DNA of 62,360 nt, counting the filler. It is 7 parts of 7 records of this genome, joined end to end, with 100 filler letters (N's around TTAATTAATTAA, not from the genome) between each part and the next. Parts side by side here need not be neighbours in the genome. Positions count along the whole stretch, not along the records: positions 33,418 to 42,527 come from SRR31156797_27035; positions 42,628 to 50,057 come from SRR31156797_27038; 5 more parts are not named here. The stretch is one strand, 5' to 3'. A program made the translations under genes and the position numbers. This document shows positions 36,990 to 47,816 of the stretch, one piece after another; within the stretch, counting starts at the first letter, position 1; each line of letters begins with the position of its first letter. Below the pieces are notes generated by a model. The model was not told where the DNA came from, did not search any database, and worked only from the letters and a program-made list of their open reading frames with translations.

Positions 36990-38822
36990 CTATTTTCCAC
37001 GCGCTTTTTTAAGCGCGGCATCTTTTTCCGGGTCGATCCACCAGGTGTCGAAGGCGGTGCCGCGCAGCGGATCCGGCGGCGGATGGCCGAACCGGTTCCA
37101 ATAGGCGAGGCGTCGGTTGCCGGCATAGAAGTGCGGGATGATGTAATGCCCCCATTGCAGGACCCGGTCCAGGGCCCGGCAGTGGACGATCAGGGATTCG
37201 CGGTCGGGTGCGGCGATCAGAAGTTCGATCAGTTCATCGACGACCGGATCCTTGATGCCGACGAAATTGCGGCTTCCCTGTTGGTCGGCCGATGACGAAC
37301 CCCAGAAGCTGCGCTGTTCGTTTCCCGGCGATAGAGACTGGCCCCAAATAAACGTAATCATATCGAAATCGAAGGATTGCACGCGATTGACGTATTGCGA
37401 CGGATCGACCATGCGCACGCTGGCCTCGATTCCGAGCCTGGAAAGGTTCTTCACAAAGGGAAGGGCAATGCGTTCGGAAGACGGGCTGACCAGCAGGATT
37501 TCGAACTCGAAGGGAGCGCCATTCGCGTTGACCAGTTTTTTGTTCTGGATCACCCAGCCGGCTTCCTTAAGCAGCTTGATCGCGGCACCCAGGTTCTTAC
37601 GGATACGTCCCGTTCCGTCGGTTTTCGGGGGTTGGTATTCGGTGGTGAAGACTTCGTCAGGGATCCGCCCCCGGTATTTTTCGAGGATCTCCAATTCCGC
37701 CGGTGACGGCAGTCCGGTCGCGGCCAGTTCGGAATTCTCGAAATAGCTGCGGGTGCGCTGATACTGGCCGTAAAAGAGCGTCTTGTTGGAACGTTCGAAA
37801 TCGAAAGCGTACCCAAGAGCCTGACGGACCCGGCGGTCCTTGAATAAATCGCGCCGCGTATTGAAGACATAACCCTGAACGCCGGCCGAGGTTTGAATAT
37901 CGATCTCTTCTTTGATCAACATTCCGTCGCGTACCGCCGGCGTGTCGTAGGCGGTGGCCCAATCCTTGGAGCTGTTCTCCAGGCGGAAATCGAAGGCGCC
38001 GGCCTTTAGGGCTTCGAGTTGCACGGTGCGATCCCGATAAAGATCCACCTGCAGGGTGTCGAAGTTGTAGTGGCCGCGGTTGACCGGCAAATCCTGGCCC
38101 CAGTAGTCCTTGACACGTTCGTAAGTGATCCAGCGGTTGGCCTCGAATGCTTTGATCCGATAAGGGCCACTGCCAAGGGGCACGTCCAGCGACGTTTTCG
38201 CAAAGTCTCGTCCGTCCCAATAGTGTTTCGGAAGGATTTCCAGTTCCGAAACGATCAGCGGCAGTTCGCGGTTTTCGCCCGGTTTGAAAACAAACTTTAC
38301 CGTGCGCTCGTCCAGCTTTTCAGTCCGTTCGACATTGGCGTAGTAGAACTTGAACTGGGGATCGCCATGTTCGCGACGGATTTCGAAGCTGAAGATGACG
38401 TCGTCAGCTGTGATCGGCTTGCCGTCGTGCCAGCGGGCCTTGGGGTTGAGGTGGAAGGTGATCCAGGACCGGTCTTCGGGCATTTCCATGGATTCGGCGA
38501 TCAGGCCGTAGCGGGTGAATGCCTCGTCGATCGAAGCGACGGTCAGGGTTTCGTACAAATAACCCAGACCCGGTGCCGACGTGCCCTTGATGATGAAGGG
38601 ATTGAAGCTGTCGAAACCGCCGGTCGAGGCGATTTTCACATCGCCGCCCTTTGGGGCATTGGGGTTCACATAGTCGAAATGCGTGAAGTCCGGCCCGTAT
38701 TTCGGTTCGCCATGCATGGCGATGGCGTGAATGGATTGGGCGTTTTCGGCCGCCGCAATCGAAGGGGCGGCAATGGTCGAAATGACGGCAAAAAAAAGGG
38801 CTAAAACGGTGATTGGGCGCAT
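36990..38822 (-). CDS. yejA: Peptide ABC transporter periplasmic binding protein (family 5)
   Basis: Signal peptide, HGEPKY..DF.HFDYVNP.APKGG, SPGNEQR.FWGS, RALDRVL. Confidence 0.9.
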   Translation of the reverse strand: MRPITVLALFFAVISTIAAPSIAAAENAQSIHAIAMHGEPKYGPDFTHFDYVNPNAPKGGDVKIASTGGFDSFNPFIIKGTSAPGLGYLYETLTVASIDEAFTRYGLIAESMEMPEDRSWITFHLNPKARWHDGKPITADDVIFSFEIRREHGDPQFKFYYANVERTEKLDERTVKFVFKPGENRELPLIVSELEILPKHYWDGRDFAKTSLDVPLGSGPYRIKAFEANRWITYERVKDYWGQDLPVNRGHYNFDTLQVDLYRDRTVQLEALKAGAFDFRLENSSKDWATAYDTPAVRDGMLIKEEIDIQTSAGVQGYVFNTRRDLFKDRRVRQALGYAFDFERSNKTLFYGQYQRTRSYFENSELAATGLPSPAELEILEKYRGRIPDEVFTTEYQPPKTDGTGRIRKNLGAAIKLLKEAGWVIQNKKLVNANGAPFEFEILLVSPSSERIALPFVKNLSRLGIEASVRMVDPSQYVNRVQSFDFDMITFIWGQSLSPGNEQRSFWGSSSADQQGSRNFVGIKDPVVDELIELLIAAPDRESLIVHCRALDRVLQWGHYIIPHFYAGNRRLAYWNRFGHPPPDPLRGTAFDTWWIDPEKDAALKKARGK

Positions 38823-38926
38823 CAATCTTCCCCTGTTGTGGGATCCGATCGTCGCACCGTTATATTTGCGACTCGTCGGTGCCGGTCAACCGGCTTGTTC
38901 GGGCTATCGCGAAATCGTTACGTGCG

Positions 38927-39718
38927 TCAAGCCGCTAGCAGGCCAAGGGCGGATTCATACAAGGCCGAATCGCCCGCCGCCAGGATGCGGCCGTCGCTGT
39001 CAAAACCAAGTTGGGCTCCTTGCCAGTCGGTCATTTTGCCGCCGGCGCCTTCGATGACGGGCGCCAGAGCCATATGGTCGTAGACCTTGAGGCCGGATTC
39101 GACGACCAGATCCAGGGTTCCCGCCGCCAATAGGCCGTAGGAATGGCAATCACCGCCCCAAACCACATGCCGAATGGCGCCGCGTACCCTTTCGAACGCC
39201 GCATGGTCGGGGCGGTTGAAAAGTTCGGGGCCCGTACTGCCGAGCCAGGCAGAACCAAGATCGGCGCAGTGCCGGGTACGGATCGCTTTCCCGTTCAGGG
39301 TGCTGCCCCGGCCCTTGATGCCGAGCCAACGTTCGCCCAGTGCCGGGCAATTGATGATGCCGATGACCGGTCTGCCCCGATGCGCCAGGGCAATCAAGTT
39401 TCCAAAAAGGGGTTTGCCGATGACGAAGGACTTGGTGCCGTCGATGGGGTCGAGAACCCAAACGAATTCCGAATCGAGACCGTGCTGGCCGTGCTCTTCG
39501 CCATAGATGCCGTGATCCGGGCATTCGATTTCAAGGATGGCGCGCATGGCCGCTTCGGCTTCGCGGTCGGCGACGGTTACCGGCGAGGCATCGTCCTTGA
39601 TGTAGGTTTCGCCGTGGGACCGAAAATACTTCATGGCGACGGTGCCGGCCGCGTCGGCCAGGCGGTTGGCAAGGTCAGCGAGATGAGTAAGGTCGGTTTC
39701 TGTCGTTTCCGCCATCAT
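38927..39718 (-). CDS. hisN: Histidinol-phosphatase (inositol monophosphatase family)
   Basis: SPVT.ADR.AE, GEE, WVLDPIDGTKSF, GGDC.SY, GAGG..TDW.G. Confidence 0.8.
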   Translation of the reverse strand: MMAETTETDLTHLADLANRLADAAGTVAMKYFRSHGETYIKDDASPVTVADREAEAAMRAILEIECPDHGIYGEEHGQHGLDSEFVWVLDPIDGTKSFVIGKPLFGNLIALAHRGRPVIGIINCPALGERWLGIKGRGSTLNGKAIRTRHCADLGSAWLGSTGPELFNRPDHAAFERVRGAIRHVVWGGDCHSYGLLAAGTLDLVVESGLKVYDHMALAPVIEGAGGKMTDWQGAQLGFDSDGRILAAGDSALYESALGLLAA

Positions 39719-40242
39719 GGCAACGGTTGTGGCATATCGCTTTGTGCCCGTAAATAGGCGATGATCGCGGCACGGTCGGCGGCCTTTTTCAAACCGGCGA
39801 AGCTCATCTTGGTGCCGGGGGCGTAGGCTTTCGGTTTGATCAGGAAGGCGTTCAGTTCCTCATAGGTCCAGGTTCCGTCGAGCCCGGAAAAAACGTCGGA
39901 ATAGGCGAAGCCATCCCGAGCCGCCCGCTCATGACCGACGATATCCCAGAGATTGGGGCCGACCTTGTTGGCGCCGTCTTTGTCGACGGTGTGACAGGCC
40001 TTGCATTTCTTGAAGGCGCTTTCGCCGGCATCCAACGATGCCGAAGCCAGGAGAGGCCCGATGTCTTCGATTTCGGCCGGTTCCGATGCCGGTCGTTTGG
40101 CCGCGGCCTTCGGCGCCGAAGCGACTGCTTTCGGCACCTCTAGTCTGGGAAAGACGGTTTCGCCGATCATGTTGCTTCCCCAGACCATCCAAACTGCGAT
40201 CAGAACGGCAGCGCTGAATTTCTGAAAAAAAGTGAATTTCAT
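39715..40242 (-). CDS. Membrane-anchored class I cytochrome c (CycM-like)
   Basis: N-terminal TM helix, CKACH haem motif, GPNL, PGTKM.FAG. Confidence 0.92.
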   Translation of the reverse strand: MKFTFFQKFSAAVLIAVWMVWGSNMIGETVFPRLEVPKAVASAPKAAAKRPASEPAEIEDIGPLLASASLDAGESAFKKCKACHTVDKDGANKVGPNLWDIVGHERAARDGFAYSDVFSGLDGTWTYEELNAFLIKPKAYAPGTKMSFAGLKKAADRAAIIAYLRAQSDMPQPLP

Positions 40243-40420
40243 CTAATCATCCTTCTCCGCCACCATGACGGACCGCGAAAATCGTGTATCGTTTGAAATA
40301 ACCCGTAGCCATCCATCAGGAAAAGCGGTTTTCCCTTGTGCCTGCGCGGGTATATGGTGCCGCCAAGTGCCGTTCGCCAACTCGTTCGGCTCGGAATTCA
40401 CAGAAAAAGTTGATCCCGTC

Positions 40421-41176
40421 ATGAGTTCTCCGGCCAATCCAATCGTCATCATACCCGCCCGTATGCACTCGACCCGCCTTCCGGGCAAGCCGCTGGCCGA
40501 GATCCACGGCGAAGCCATGATCGTACATGTCTGGCGGCGCGGCGTTGAAGCGGATGTCGGGCCGGTCGTCGTTGCCTGTGCGGAACCGGAAATTGCCGAG
40601 GTTATCGAAGCGGCGGGTGGCCGCACCATTCTGACCCGGCCCGACCACGCTTCGGGATCCGACCGGATATTCGAGGCCTTGGGCAAGGCCGATCCCGACC
40701 GAAAACACGATGCGATCGTGAACGTGCAGGGCGACCTGCCGACGGTCGAGGCCGATGCGGTGCGGGCTTCCCTGAAACCCTTGGACACCGCCGAAGTCGA
40801 CATCGCCACCATCGCTGCCGTCATAACCGAGCCTTCCGAACGGGCCAATCCGAATGTGGTAAAAGCGGTTGTCGGGTTCGGTGACGGGCAGACCGTCGGC
40901 CGCGCCCACTACTTCAGCCGATCCACCGTGCCGTCAGGGGATGGCCCGCTCTATCACCACATCGGGTTATATACCTTCCGGCGCGATGCGCTTGAGCGGT
41001 TCGTCACCCTGCCCCAGGGCGTGCTCGAGGCGCGCGAACACCTGGAACAGCTGCGGGCGTTGGAGAACGGCATGCGGATCGATGTGGCGCTCGTTGACAC
41101 CGTTCCCCTAGGTGTTGATACTCCGGCCGACCTTGAACGAGCACGCGGCATGCTAGTACCCGTCGTACCCCGGTAA
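40421..41176 (+). CDS. kdsB: 3-deoxy-manno-octulosonate cytidylyltransferase
   Basis: IIPARMHSTRLPGKPL, SGSDR, VNVQGD.P, HIGLY, LEQLRALE, VDTP.DL. Confidence 0.95.
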   Translation: MSSPANPIVIIPARMHSTRLPGKPLAEIHGEAMIVHVWRRGVEADVGPVVVACAEPEIAEVIEAAGGRTILTRPDHASGSDRIFEALGKADPDRKHDAIVNVQGDLPTVEADAVRASLKPLDTAEVDIATIAAVITEPSERANPNVVKAVVGFGDGQTVGRAHYFSRSTVPSGDGPLYHHIGLYTFRRDALERFVTLPQGVLEAREHLEQLRALENGMRIDVALVDTVPLGVDTPADLERARGMLVPVVPR

Positions 41177-41204
41177 ACAGTTTTAAACGCGCGGAAACCA
41201 GTCG

Positions 41205-42077
41205 ATGACCCACGATCCGAAAAAATCCATCGCCTTCCAGGGCACCCATGGTGCCTATTCCGATCTCGCCTGCCGAACCACCCGGCCCGAGATGGATACG
41301 TTTCCCTGCCGCTCGTTCGAGGATACTTTTGCTGCCGTGCGGAACGGCGAAGCCGCGCTGGCCATGATACCGGTTGAGAATTCGATCGCCGGACGGGTCG
41401 CCGATATCCATCATCTGTTGCCGAATTCCGATCTGCACATCATCGGCGAGCATTTCCAACGGGTCGACCACCACCTATTGGGCGTCAAAGGCGCCAAGAT
41501 TGGCGATATCACCCATGTCAGCAGCCATATCCACGCCCTCAGTCAGTGTCGGCAACTGATCTCGGAACTGGGGATCGAACCCGTTGTCTGTACCGATACG
41601 GCCGGGGCCGCCGAACAGATTGCGAAGCAAGGAGACAAGAGCCAGGCCGTCATCGCCTCGGAACTGGCCGGCGAGATTCAAGGTCTGGTGTCGCTGCGCG
41701 CCAATATCGAGGATTCCGAACACAATACGACACGCTTTTTGATCATGTCGCGGGAACAGATCGTGCCGCACCCGAAGGCCGGGCCCTGCCTGACCAGCTT
41801 TCTTTTCCGCGTGCGCAACGTGCCGGCGGCGCTGTTCAAGGCACTGGGCGGGTTCGCCACAAACGGCGTCAACATGACCAAGCTCGAAAGCTACATGGCC
41901 GGAAGCCATTTCGTCGCGGCGCAGTTCTACGCCGACGTCGAGGGCCATCCGGAGCACAGAAACGTGCGGTTGGCGCTGGAAGAGTTGGCGTTTTTTACGC
42001 GCGAAGTGAAGATTTTGGGCACCTATCCGGCGCATCCTTATCGACTTCAGGCCAACGACAGCAGCGACGACGACTGA
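41205..42077 (+). CDS. pheA: Prephenate dehydratase
   Basis: AFQG..GAYS, PVENS.AG, N.TRF, ACT domain with NMTKLES. Confidence 0.93.
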   Translation: MTHDPKKSIAFQGTHGAYSDLACRTTRPEMDTFPCRSFEDTFAAVRNGEAALAMIPVENSIAGRVADIHHLLPNSDLHIIGEHFQRVDHHLLGVKGAKIGDITHVSSHIHALSQCRQLISELGIEPVVCTDTAGAAEQIAKQGDKSQAVIASELAGEIQGLVSLRANIEDSEHNTTRFLIMSREQIVPHPKAGPCLTSFLFRVRNVPAALFKALGGFATNGVNMTKLESYMAGSHFVAAQFYADVEGHPEHRNVRLALEELAFFTREVKILGTYPAHPYRLQANDSSDDD

Positions 42078-42099
42078 CCAGCCGCTCGCTGCGGTGTCG

Positions 42100-42527
42100 T
42101 CAGTTTTCCGACTCTTCGAGCCATTCCTCGATCAGCCAAAGGGCGATTGAATCGGGCCGGGGCAGGCGTTTGCCGGTTTCCGCCATGCGCGCGATGTCGT
42201 CCCGCGTGAACCAGGCGGCATCGTCAAGTTCGGCCGGGTTGCGTTCGATCTCGAAACTTGTGGCGACGGCCCGGAAACCGAGCATCAGCGAGGCCGGAAA
42301 CGGCCAGGGCTGCGAGGCGCGGTAACGAACATCGGTAACGGCGATGCTGGCTTCTTCCATGACCTCGCGGGCAACCGCTTCTTCCAGGGTTTCGCCAGGC
42401 TCGACGAAGCCTGCCAGCGTCGAATACATGCCGGGAAGGAACCCCGATTTGTGGGCCAGCAGGCAGGCGCCGCCGTTAGGGCCGGGGCGTGTCACCAGCA
42501 TGATGACGGCCGGATCGGTTCGCGGAA
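42100..42527 (-). CDS. nudC: NADH pyrophosphatase, 5' end truncated
   Basis: PRTDPAVIM, Nudix box GFVEPGETLEEAVAREVMEE, SQPWPFP signature. Confidence 0.92.
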
Positions 42528-42627
42528 NNNNNNNNNNNNNNNNNNNNNNNNNNNNNNNNNNNNNNNNNNNNTTAATTAATTAANNNNNNNNNNNNNNNNN
42601 NNNNNNNNNNNNNNNNNNNNNNNNNNN
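42528..42627. other. Artificial contig spacer
   Basis: 44 N + TTAATTAATTAA + 44 N. Confidence 0.99.
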
Positions 42628-42829
42628 AATAAATGGTTACCTGATCCGCTTCCTGACGCGGTGTGGTCAGGTCACTCTGTCCAGGGCGCCTCCTGGATAA
42701 TTGCGGTTGAATATCCTCTTCAGTCAGCTCCATTCCCGGAGGACAGCCATCTACAATAGCTCCCACCCCCTTGCAATGCGACTCTCCAAAGGTACTCACT
42801 CTATAAAGGCTTCCAAGCGTACTGGACAT
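42628..42829 (-). CDS. aroC: Chorismate synthase, N-terminal fragment
   Basis: TFGESH, VDGCPPG, RRRPGQS..TTPR.E.D. Confidence 0.92.
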
Positions 42830-42989
42830 ACAATCTCCCTTACTTCTCTTTCTTTTTATTGTGCTTCGCTTTTTTCAACTTACACCGAATCCCTGCTACC
42901 TGTGTGGAAAAGAGGATGACAACCAACATGTCAACATATGATACCCACTTTACCGCCAACAGCTCGATACCACTCACCTATCAAATATT

Positions 42990-44012
42990 TCAAGCAAAGT
43001 GCTGCAGATACCACTCACTTGCTTCATCAAGCCCAGCTCTGATGGAATACTCCGGATTATATCCCAGCATTTTTTTCGCCTTACTGATATCAGCCAGAGA
43101 ATGTCGGACATCACCGGCCCTAAAATCACGATAAACAGGCTGTGCTTCTGCTGCTGCAGGAAAACGAACAGCCACCTTTTCCCGTATCAGATCATAAAGG
43201 CTGGTAAGAGTTGTTCGCTCACCAAAAGCAACATTGTACACCTGGTTAACGGCCTCAGGATCAGTTGCGGTGGCAGCTAAGATATTTGCCTGAACACAGT
43301 TATCAATAAAGCAGAAATCACGGCTTGTTTCGCCATCACCATTAATAAAAACAGTTTCCTTTTGCAACAGCCCGCCAAACCACTTTGGAATCACAGCAGC
43401 ATAGGCACCATCTGGATCCTGTCGTTTACCAAAAATATTAAAATAACGCAGGCCAATGGTAGCAAACCCATACGTCTTAGCAAATACCTCAGCATATAAC
43501 TCATTGACCAGCTTTGTGACGGCATAGGGGGACAACGGTTTACCCGTTTTTTCCTCCACCTTAGGCAGTCCGGGATGATCGCCATAGGTTGAACTGGAGG
43601 CTGCATAGACAAAGCGATGGACCTTCGCATCTTTTGCTGCTACCAGCATATTGAGAAACCCATTGATGTTGTTTGCATTGGTTGTCAAGGGATCTTCAAT
43701 GGACCTGGGCACAGATCCCAGCGCAGCCTGGTGCAGTACATAGTCTACATTTTTACACGCCCCATGGCAGGTCTCAATATCACGGATATCTCCTTCTAAA
43801 AAACGAAAAGCATCCCACTGTTGGGCTGTTACCTTGCTTTTAACCTCATCAAGGTTATGTTGAAAACCAGTGGAAAAATTATCGAGCCCGATCACCCGCT
43901 GGTTCAGCTTTAATAGGGTTTCAAGAAGGTTTGAGCCAATAAAGCCGGCAACACCTGTTACAAGCCAGGAAGCAGGTTGCCCTGCAAGTAGTTTTTGTTG
44001 TTTCTTATACAT
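42990..44012 (-). CDS. UDP-GlcNAc(A) C4-epimerase, WbpP/TviC-like extended SDR
   Basis: [52 protein letters not shown]. Confidence 0.9.
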   Translation of the reverse strand: MYKKQQKLLAGQPASWLVTGVAGFIGSNLLETLLKLNQRVIGLDNFSTGFQHNLDEVKSKVTAQQWDAFRFLEGDIRDIETCHGACKNVDYVLHQAALGSVPRSIEDPLTTNANNINGFLNMLVAAKDAKVHRFVYAASSSTYGDHPGLPKVEEKTGKPLSPYAVTKLVNELYAEVFAKTYGFATIGLRYFNIFGKRQDPDGAYAAVIPKWFGGLLQKETVFINGDGETSRDFCFIDNCVQANILAATATDPEAVNQVYNVAFGERTTLTSLYDLIREKVAVRFPAAAEAQPVYRDFRAGDVRHSLADISKAKKMLGYNPEYSIRAGLDEASEWYLQHFA

Positions 44013-44135
44013 AGGCGTAGTATTTAAAGAAATGTAATTATGGCAGTGTATGCCCATGCATACAAAATTACCATAGAAATAGCAAAGCATTCGCTCTGCG
44101 TGCACAGAGCATTTCCATTTACCTCCGAACTTACC

Positions 44136-45326
44136 GTGTCACCGCAGGCAAAACAACCGCCATCAAAGCAGCACCGCAAGATTATCCACATTGATATGGA
44201 TGCTTTTTTCGCTTCTGTTGAACAACTGGACAACCCTGCACTCCGTGGGAAACCGGTCATAGTTGGTGGCTCCCCCCAAGGCAGGGGTGTGGTTGCTGCA
44301 TGCTCCTATGAAGCAAGAACTTTTGGTATCCATTCCGCCATGCCCTGTGCCCGCGCCTACGCCCTCTGTAGACATGCTGTTTTTGTGCGCCCAAGGAAAG
44401 ACAGGTACCAGGAAATTTCTCATCAAATACGGGCCATTTTTTCACGCTATTCAGCCTCTGTTGAGCCTCTCTCCATAGATGAAGCCTTTCTTGATACCAC
44501 TGTTAACACTCTCAACAATCCATCGGCCACGTATGTTGCACAAATTATACGTGAAGATATTTATCGTACAACAGGCCTGACAGCCTCTGCAGGGGTATCT
44601 TACAATAAGTTTCTTGCCAAGCTTGCCTCTGATCAGGATAAGCCAAACGGTTTAACCGTTATCACACCCCAAAAAGCAAGATCCTTTCTCCGCAGTCTAC
44701 CGATCAGAAGATTTTTTGGGGTTGGCAAGGTGACAGAACAGAAAATGCACGGGCTGGGGATCCACACCGGGAGCGACTTGGAAAAATTTTCTCACGCCGA
44801 ACTTACCGCCGCCTTTGGCTCCAGCGGCAGTTTTTTTTACGATATGGTTCGCGGCATTGATACTAGGCCTGTCCAGCCACGGCAAACAAGAAAATCCATT
44901 GGAACAGAAACAACATTTCAAAAGGATATTCTCCAACTCGACGATGTCCTGACCATACTGCAAACATTATCCGACCAGGTAGGTACAGCTCTAGACCGTA
45001 AAAATATTGGAGGAAAAACCCTTACCCTTAAGGTACGCTATGATGATTTCACAACCATTAGCCGATCGTGCAGTAAAGGGGCCGGCTTTTTTACTCAACA
45101 GGACATATGGAACCAGGTTCCACAGTTAGTGGCAGCAACCGAAGCAGGCTTGCGGAAAATCCGGCTTCTTGGCCTAACCGTTTCAAATCTTTTCGATGAC
45201 ACCCATGGCGATATATTACGATATGAACAACTCCTGCTACCCTTTTTCTCGACAGAGGACAATTCACCCACTACACTTATTGCAAAAATCAGACAGGCAA
45301 ATAACACTATTGATCCCTGTTGGTAA
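44136..45326 (+). CDS. dinB: DNA polymerase IV
   Basis: [46 protein letters not shown] clamp-like motif; start uncertain (GTG 44136). Confidence 0.95.
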   Translation: MSPQAKQPPSKQHRKIIHIDMDAFFASVEQLDNPALRGKPVIVGGSPQGRGVVAACSYEARTFGIHSAMPCARAYALCRHAVFVRPRKDRYQEISHQIRAIFSRYSASVEPLSIDEAFLDTTVNTLNNPSATYVAQIIREDIYRTTGLTASAGVSYNKFLAKLASDQDKPNGLTVITPQKARSFLRSLPIRRFFGVGKVTEQKMHGLGIHTGSDLEKFSHAELTAAFGSSGSFFYDMVRGIDTRPVQPRQTRKSIGTETTFQKDILQLDDVLTILQTLSDQVGTALDRKNIGGKTLTLKVRYDDFTTISRSCSKGAGFFTQQDIWNQVPQLVAATEAGLRKIRLLGLTVSNLFDDTHGDILRYEQLLLPFFSTEDNSPTTLIAKIRQANNTIDPCW

Positions 45327-45495
45327 GTATAGGGGTATCTTGACTAGTTAGATCTTTTGTCTAAAGTTGAGGCATACGAAAAAAATTACTGCAGGCATAT
45401 ACTCATATCAGAGTCTCCGCTTATCTTCGAGGACGATTATTTGAGCATAGTAAAAAGATTGGACGAAAAAACAATTATTCAAGACGGCCATAAGC

Positions 45496-47634
45496 ATGCT
45501 TGACGTTACTCTTGGCCTTGCCATCCTGCTGACAGGAGGAATGTTTTTTGCCAAGATTGCCCAGCTTTTCAGCCTCCCTTCAGTAACAGGGTTCATTCTT
45601 GCCGGTCTTACGTTGGGCCCTTCAGGGTTTTCCGTCATCACCGCTGACACGGTCGGACATAACCTTGATCACTTTATCCAAATAGCATTAATGCTGATCG
45701 CCTTCGGGATTGGCGAGCATATTGAACTTCGCCGGCTCGGCAAAATTGCAAAACAGGTAGGATGCATCTGCCTTGGCCAGGCTGTTGCCTCCTTTACCCT
45801 GGTTCTTTTCTCAACCCTTATTATGTCTTGGATCCTTGCCTCTGGGGAACCATTTACTCACCATGGGGTGCTTGCCTTGCTCCTGGGCGCAGTTGCCCTG
45901 GCCAATGCTCCTGCTGCCATTTTACACATGGTACGCGAACTGGATGCTCGTGGTCCATTCACCTCGACTTTAATTGCCGTCATCGCCTTAGGCGATGGAC
46001 TGGCGATAGCAACCTTCGGCATTGTCATCTCCATTGCTCATCAGATGGTAAGCCCAGAGAACGTTTCCCTGTATAATGGAATCATAGGCTCCATATACGA
46101 AATCGGAGGTTCTCTTGCCATAGGAGCAGTTACCGGTCTGCTAATAGACATAGTTCTGCATAAAACCCACAACAGAGGAGAGATGCTCACCACCGGCCTT
46201 GCCCTGCTCCTGCTTTGTGGAGAACTCACCCGTATACTTGCACTTAGTCCACTGCTGGCAGGCATGACCACAGGTTTCATCCTTATTAATCGCGAAGAAC
46301 GCGACATTCGCCTATTTCGGATTCTTAACGGGTTTGAGCCTCCTATATATGTTCTTTTTTTCACTCTTGCCGGTGTTCACCTGGACCTGAGTATGCTCAA
46401 GCTCGCTGGTTGGATTGGGGCAGCCTACTTTATCGCCAGATTTTGCGGCAAATACCTAGGTGCCAGGATAGGAGCTCACCTTGCAGGTGCGGGCCAAACA
46501 GTAAAAAAATATTTAGCTTTCGGCCTTTTTCCCCAGGCTGGAATAGCCATCGGCCTGGTTTTTGTAATAAACAGTGACCCCCTCCTCGCGCCTTGGTCGG
46601 AAGAGATCACCCCCATTGTGCTGGCTGGTGTCGTCTTGGCAGAAATTTTTGGACCTATCTTTGCTAAAAAAGCCTTCCTTAAGGCAAACGAAACAACACC
46701 GCCAAAGAACCAACAAAAGCCGAAAAGCCTAGATAACTCACTACCGGGGCTCCTATTCAGCCGCTCAGACGAACTTCACCTTATGCCATGGGCTACTGAT
46801 ATACTTTACCCTGCTGCCAAACCCAAAGGGGTGGTGATTTTCGGAGCGGCAAATTACGCCACGGTTCGTGGGTTGGCCAGAGTGGCAACTATTCTTGCCC
46901 ACCAGTTTGAAGCGTTACCCTTGTCTCTCAGAATAATTGTACCCGGCAGCAAATGGACGTCCGTCAACCCAAACGAACAATCATTATTCCTCCCTGAAAC
47001 CGATGAGGTTAAAAGCCTTGGTTACCCTCTCCTGACACAAACAAAGCAAGGGGCGGCCGTCCCAGGTCTTATCCAGGCGGTGAACGAAAATACAACCAAA
47101 GCACTGGTCCTTGGTTACCCCCTTGGCCCCACCCCGCTGACAATCCAAAAAATAGTCGACAAAGTGTCGGCAAGTGTCACCTGTCCGGTGGTGGTCGTGC
47201 GTTTTATAGGTACCTTTGCTTGCGACCGCATCCTGGTTCCCTTTCTTTCACCCGATGAATTAGAAATGCTCCTCCCTGTCCTGGATGCTATGGGAACCGC
47301 CAGAAAACCGACGATTACGTTTATGCAGCTCCTGCACGCAGACTGCAGCAGAAAAGAAATTATGTTTGCCGAAGAGCAACTTCACCAATGGCTCTCCATG
47401 AATCTGCTGGAAACAACCACGGTCCCCCTTGCCGTCCCTGCCGGGTCACGTCTTGAGGCGATTCTTCAGGAAGCACGACACCATGACCTGATCATCATGA
47501 AAGCTGTAAGACGACGGGGCATCAACAAACTTTTTATTGGTTCGCTTGCCGCAGCCGTTGTCACCAATTGCCATAATCCTGTCTTTACGGTGTATCCTGG
47601 CACAGCCCCTTCTCCTACAGACAAAACAGATTAG
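45496..47634 (+). CDS. Cation:proton antiporter with C-terminal universal-stress-protein-like domains
   Basis: About 12 hydrophobic segments (LPSVTGFILAG..LGP, FFTLAG, PQAG.AIG); tail DRILVP…DLIIM…FIGS…PV. Confidence 0.8.
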   Translation: MLDVTLGLAILLTGGMFFAKIAQLFSLPSVTGFILAGLTLGPSGFSVITADTVGHNLDHFIQIALMLIAFGIGEHIELRRLGKIAKQVGCICLGQAVASFTLVLFSTLIMSWILASGEPFTHHGVLALLLGAVALANAPAAILHMVRELDARGPFTSTLIAVIALGDGLAIATFGIVISIAHQMVSPENVSLYNGIIGSIYEIGGSLAIGAVTGLLIDIVLHKTHNRGEMLTTGLALLLLCGELTRILALSPLLAGMTTGFILINREERDIRLFRILNGFEPPIYVLFFTLAGVHLDLSMLKLAGWIGAAYFIARFCGKYLGARIGAHLAGAGQTVKKYLAFGLFPQAGIAIGLVFVINSDPLLAPWSEEITPIVLAGVVLAEIFGPIFAKKAFLKANETTPPKNQQKPKSLDNSLPGLLFSRSDELHLMPWATDILYPAAKPKGVVIFGAANYATVRGLARVATILAHQFEALPLSLRIIVPGSKWTSVNPNEQSLFLPETDEVKSLGYPLLTQTKQGAAVPGLIQAVNENTTKALVLGYPLGPTPLTIQKIVDKVSASVTCPVVVVRFIGTFACDRILVPFLSPDELEMLLPVLDAMGTARKPTITFMQLLHADCSRKEIMFAEEQLHQWLSMNLLETTTVPLAVPAGSRLEAILQEARHHDLIIMKAVRRRGINKLFIGSLAAAVVTNCHNPVFTVYPGTAPSPTDKTD

Positions 47635-47816
47635 ATATCTTGCAACTCCAGATCGTTTCCGCAACCGCTTCTTGAGCAACTCACCCTACAGTCAATCCTC
47701 TTACTCACAGTTGCAATCAAAATTCTGCTTAATCTGAAAATGCACCCTATGCAGGCTGCAAAGGATGCTTATTACTTACAGAGATAGATTTTCCCTTTTA
47801 GATACAACAGGTAAAT

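Noticed and set aside
35691-37295. 534-aa plus-strand ORF
   Set aside because: Antisense to yejB and yejA; explained by high-GC codon bias
33418-42527. Novelty in contig E
   Set aside because: yejABEF, hisN, cytochrome c, kdsB, pheA and nudC are ordinary alphaproteobacterial housekeeping genes in a familiar arrangement
44013-44135. SOS/LexA box upstream of dinB
   Set aside because: No convincing CTGT-N8-ACAG or GAAC-N4-GTTC match seen
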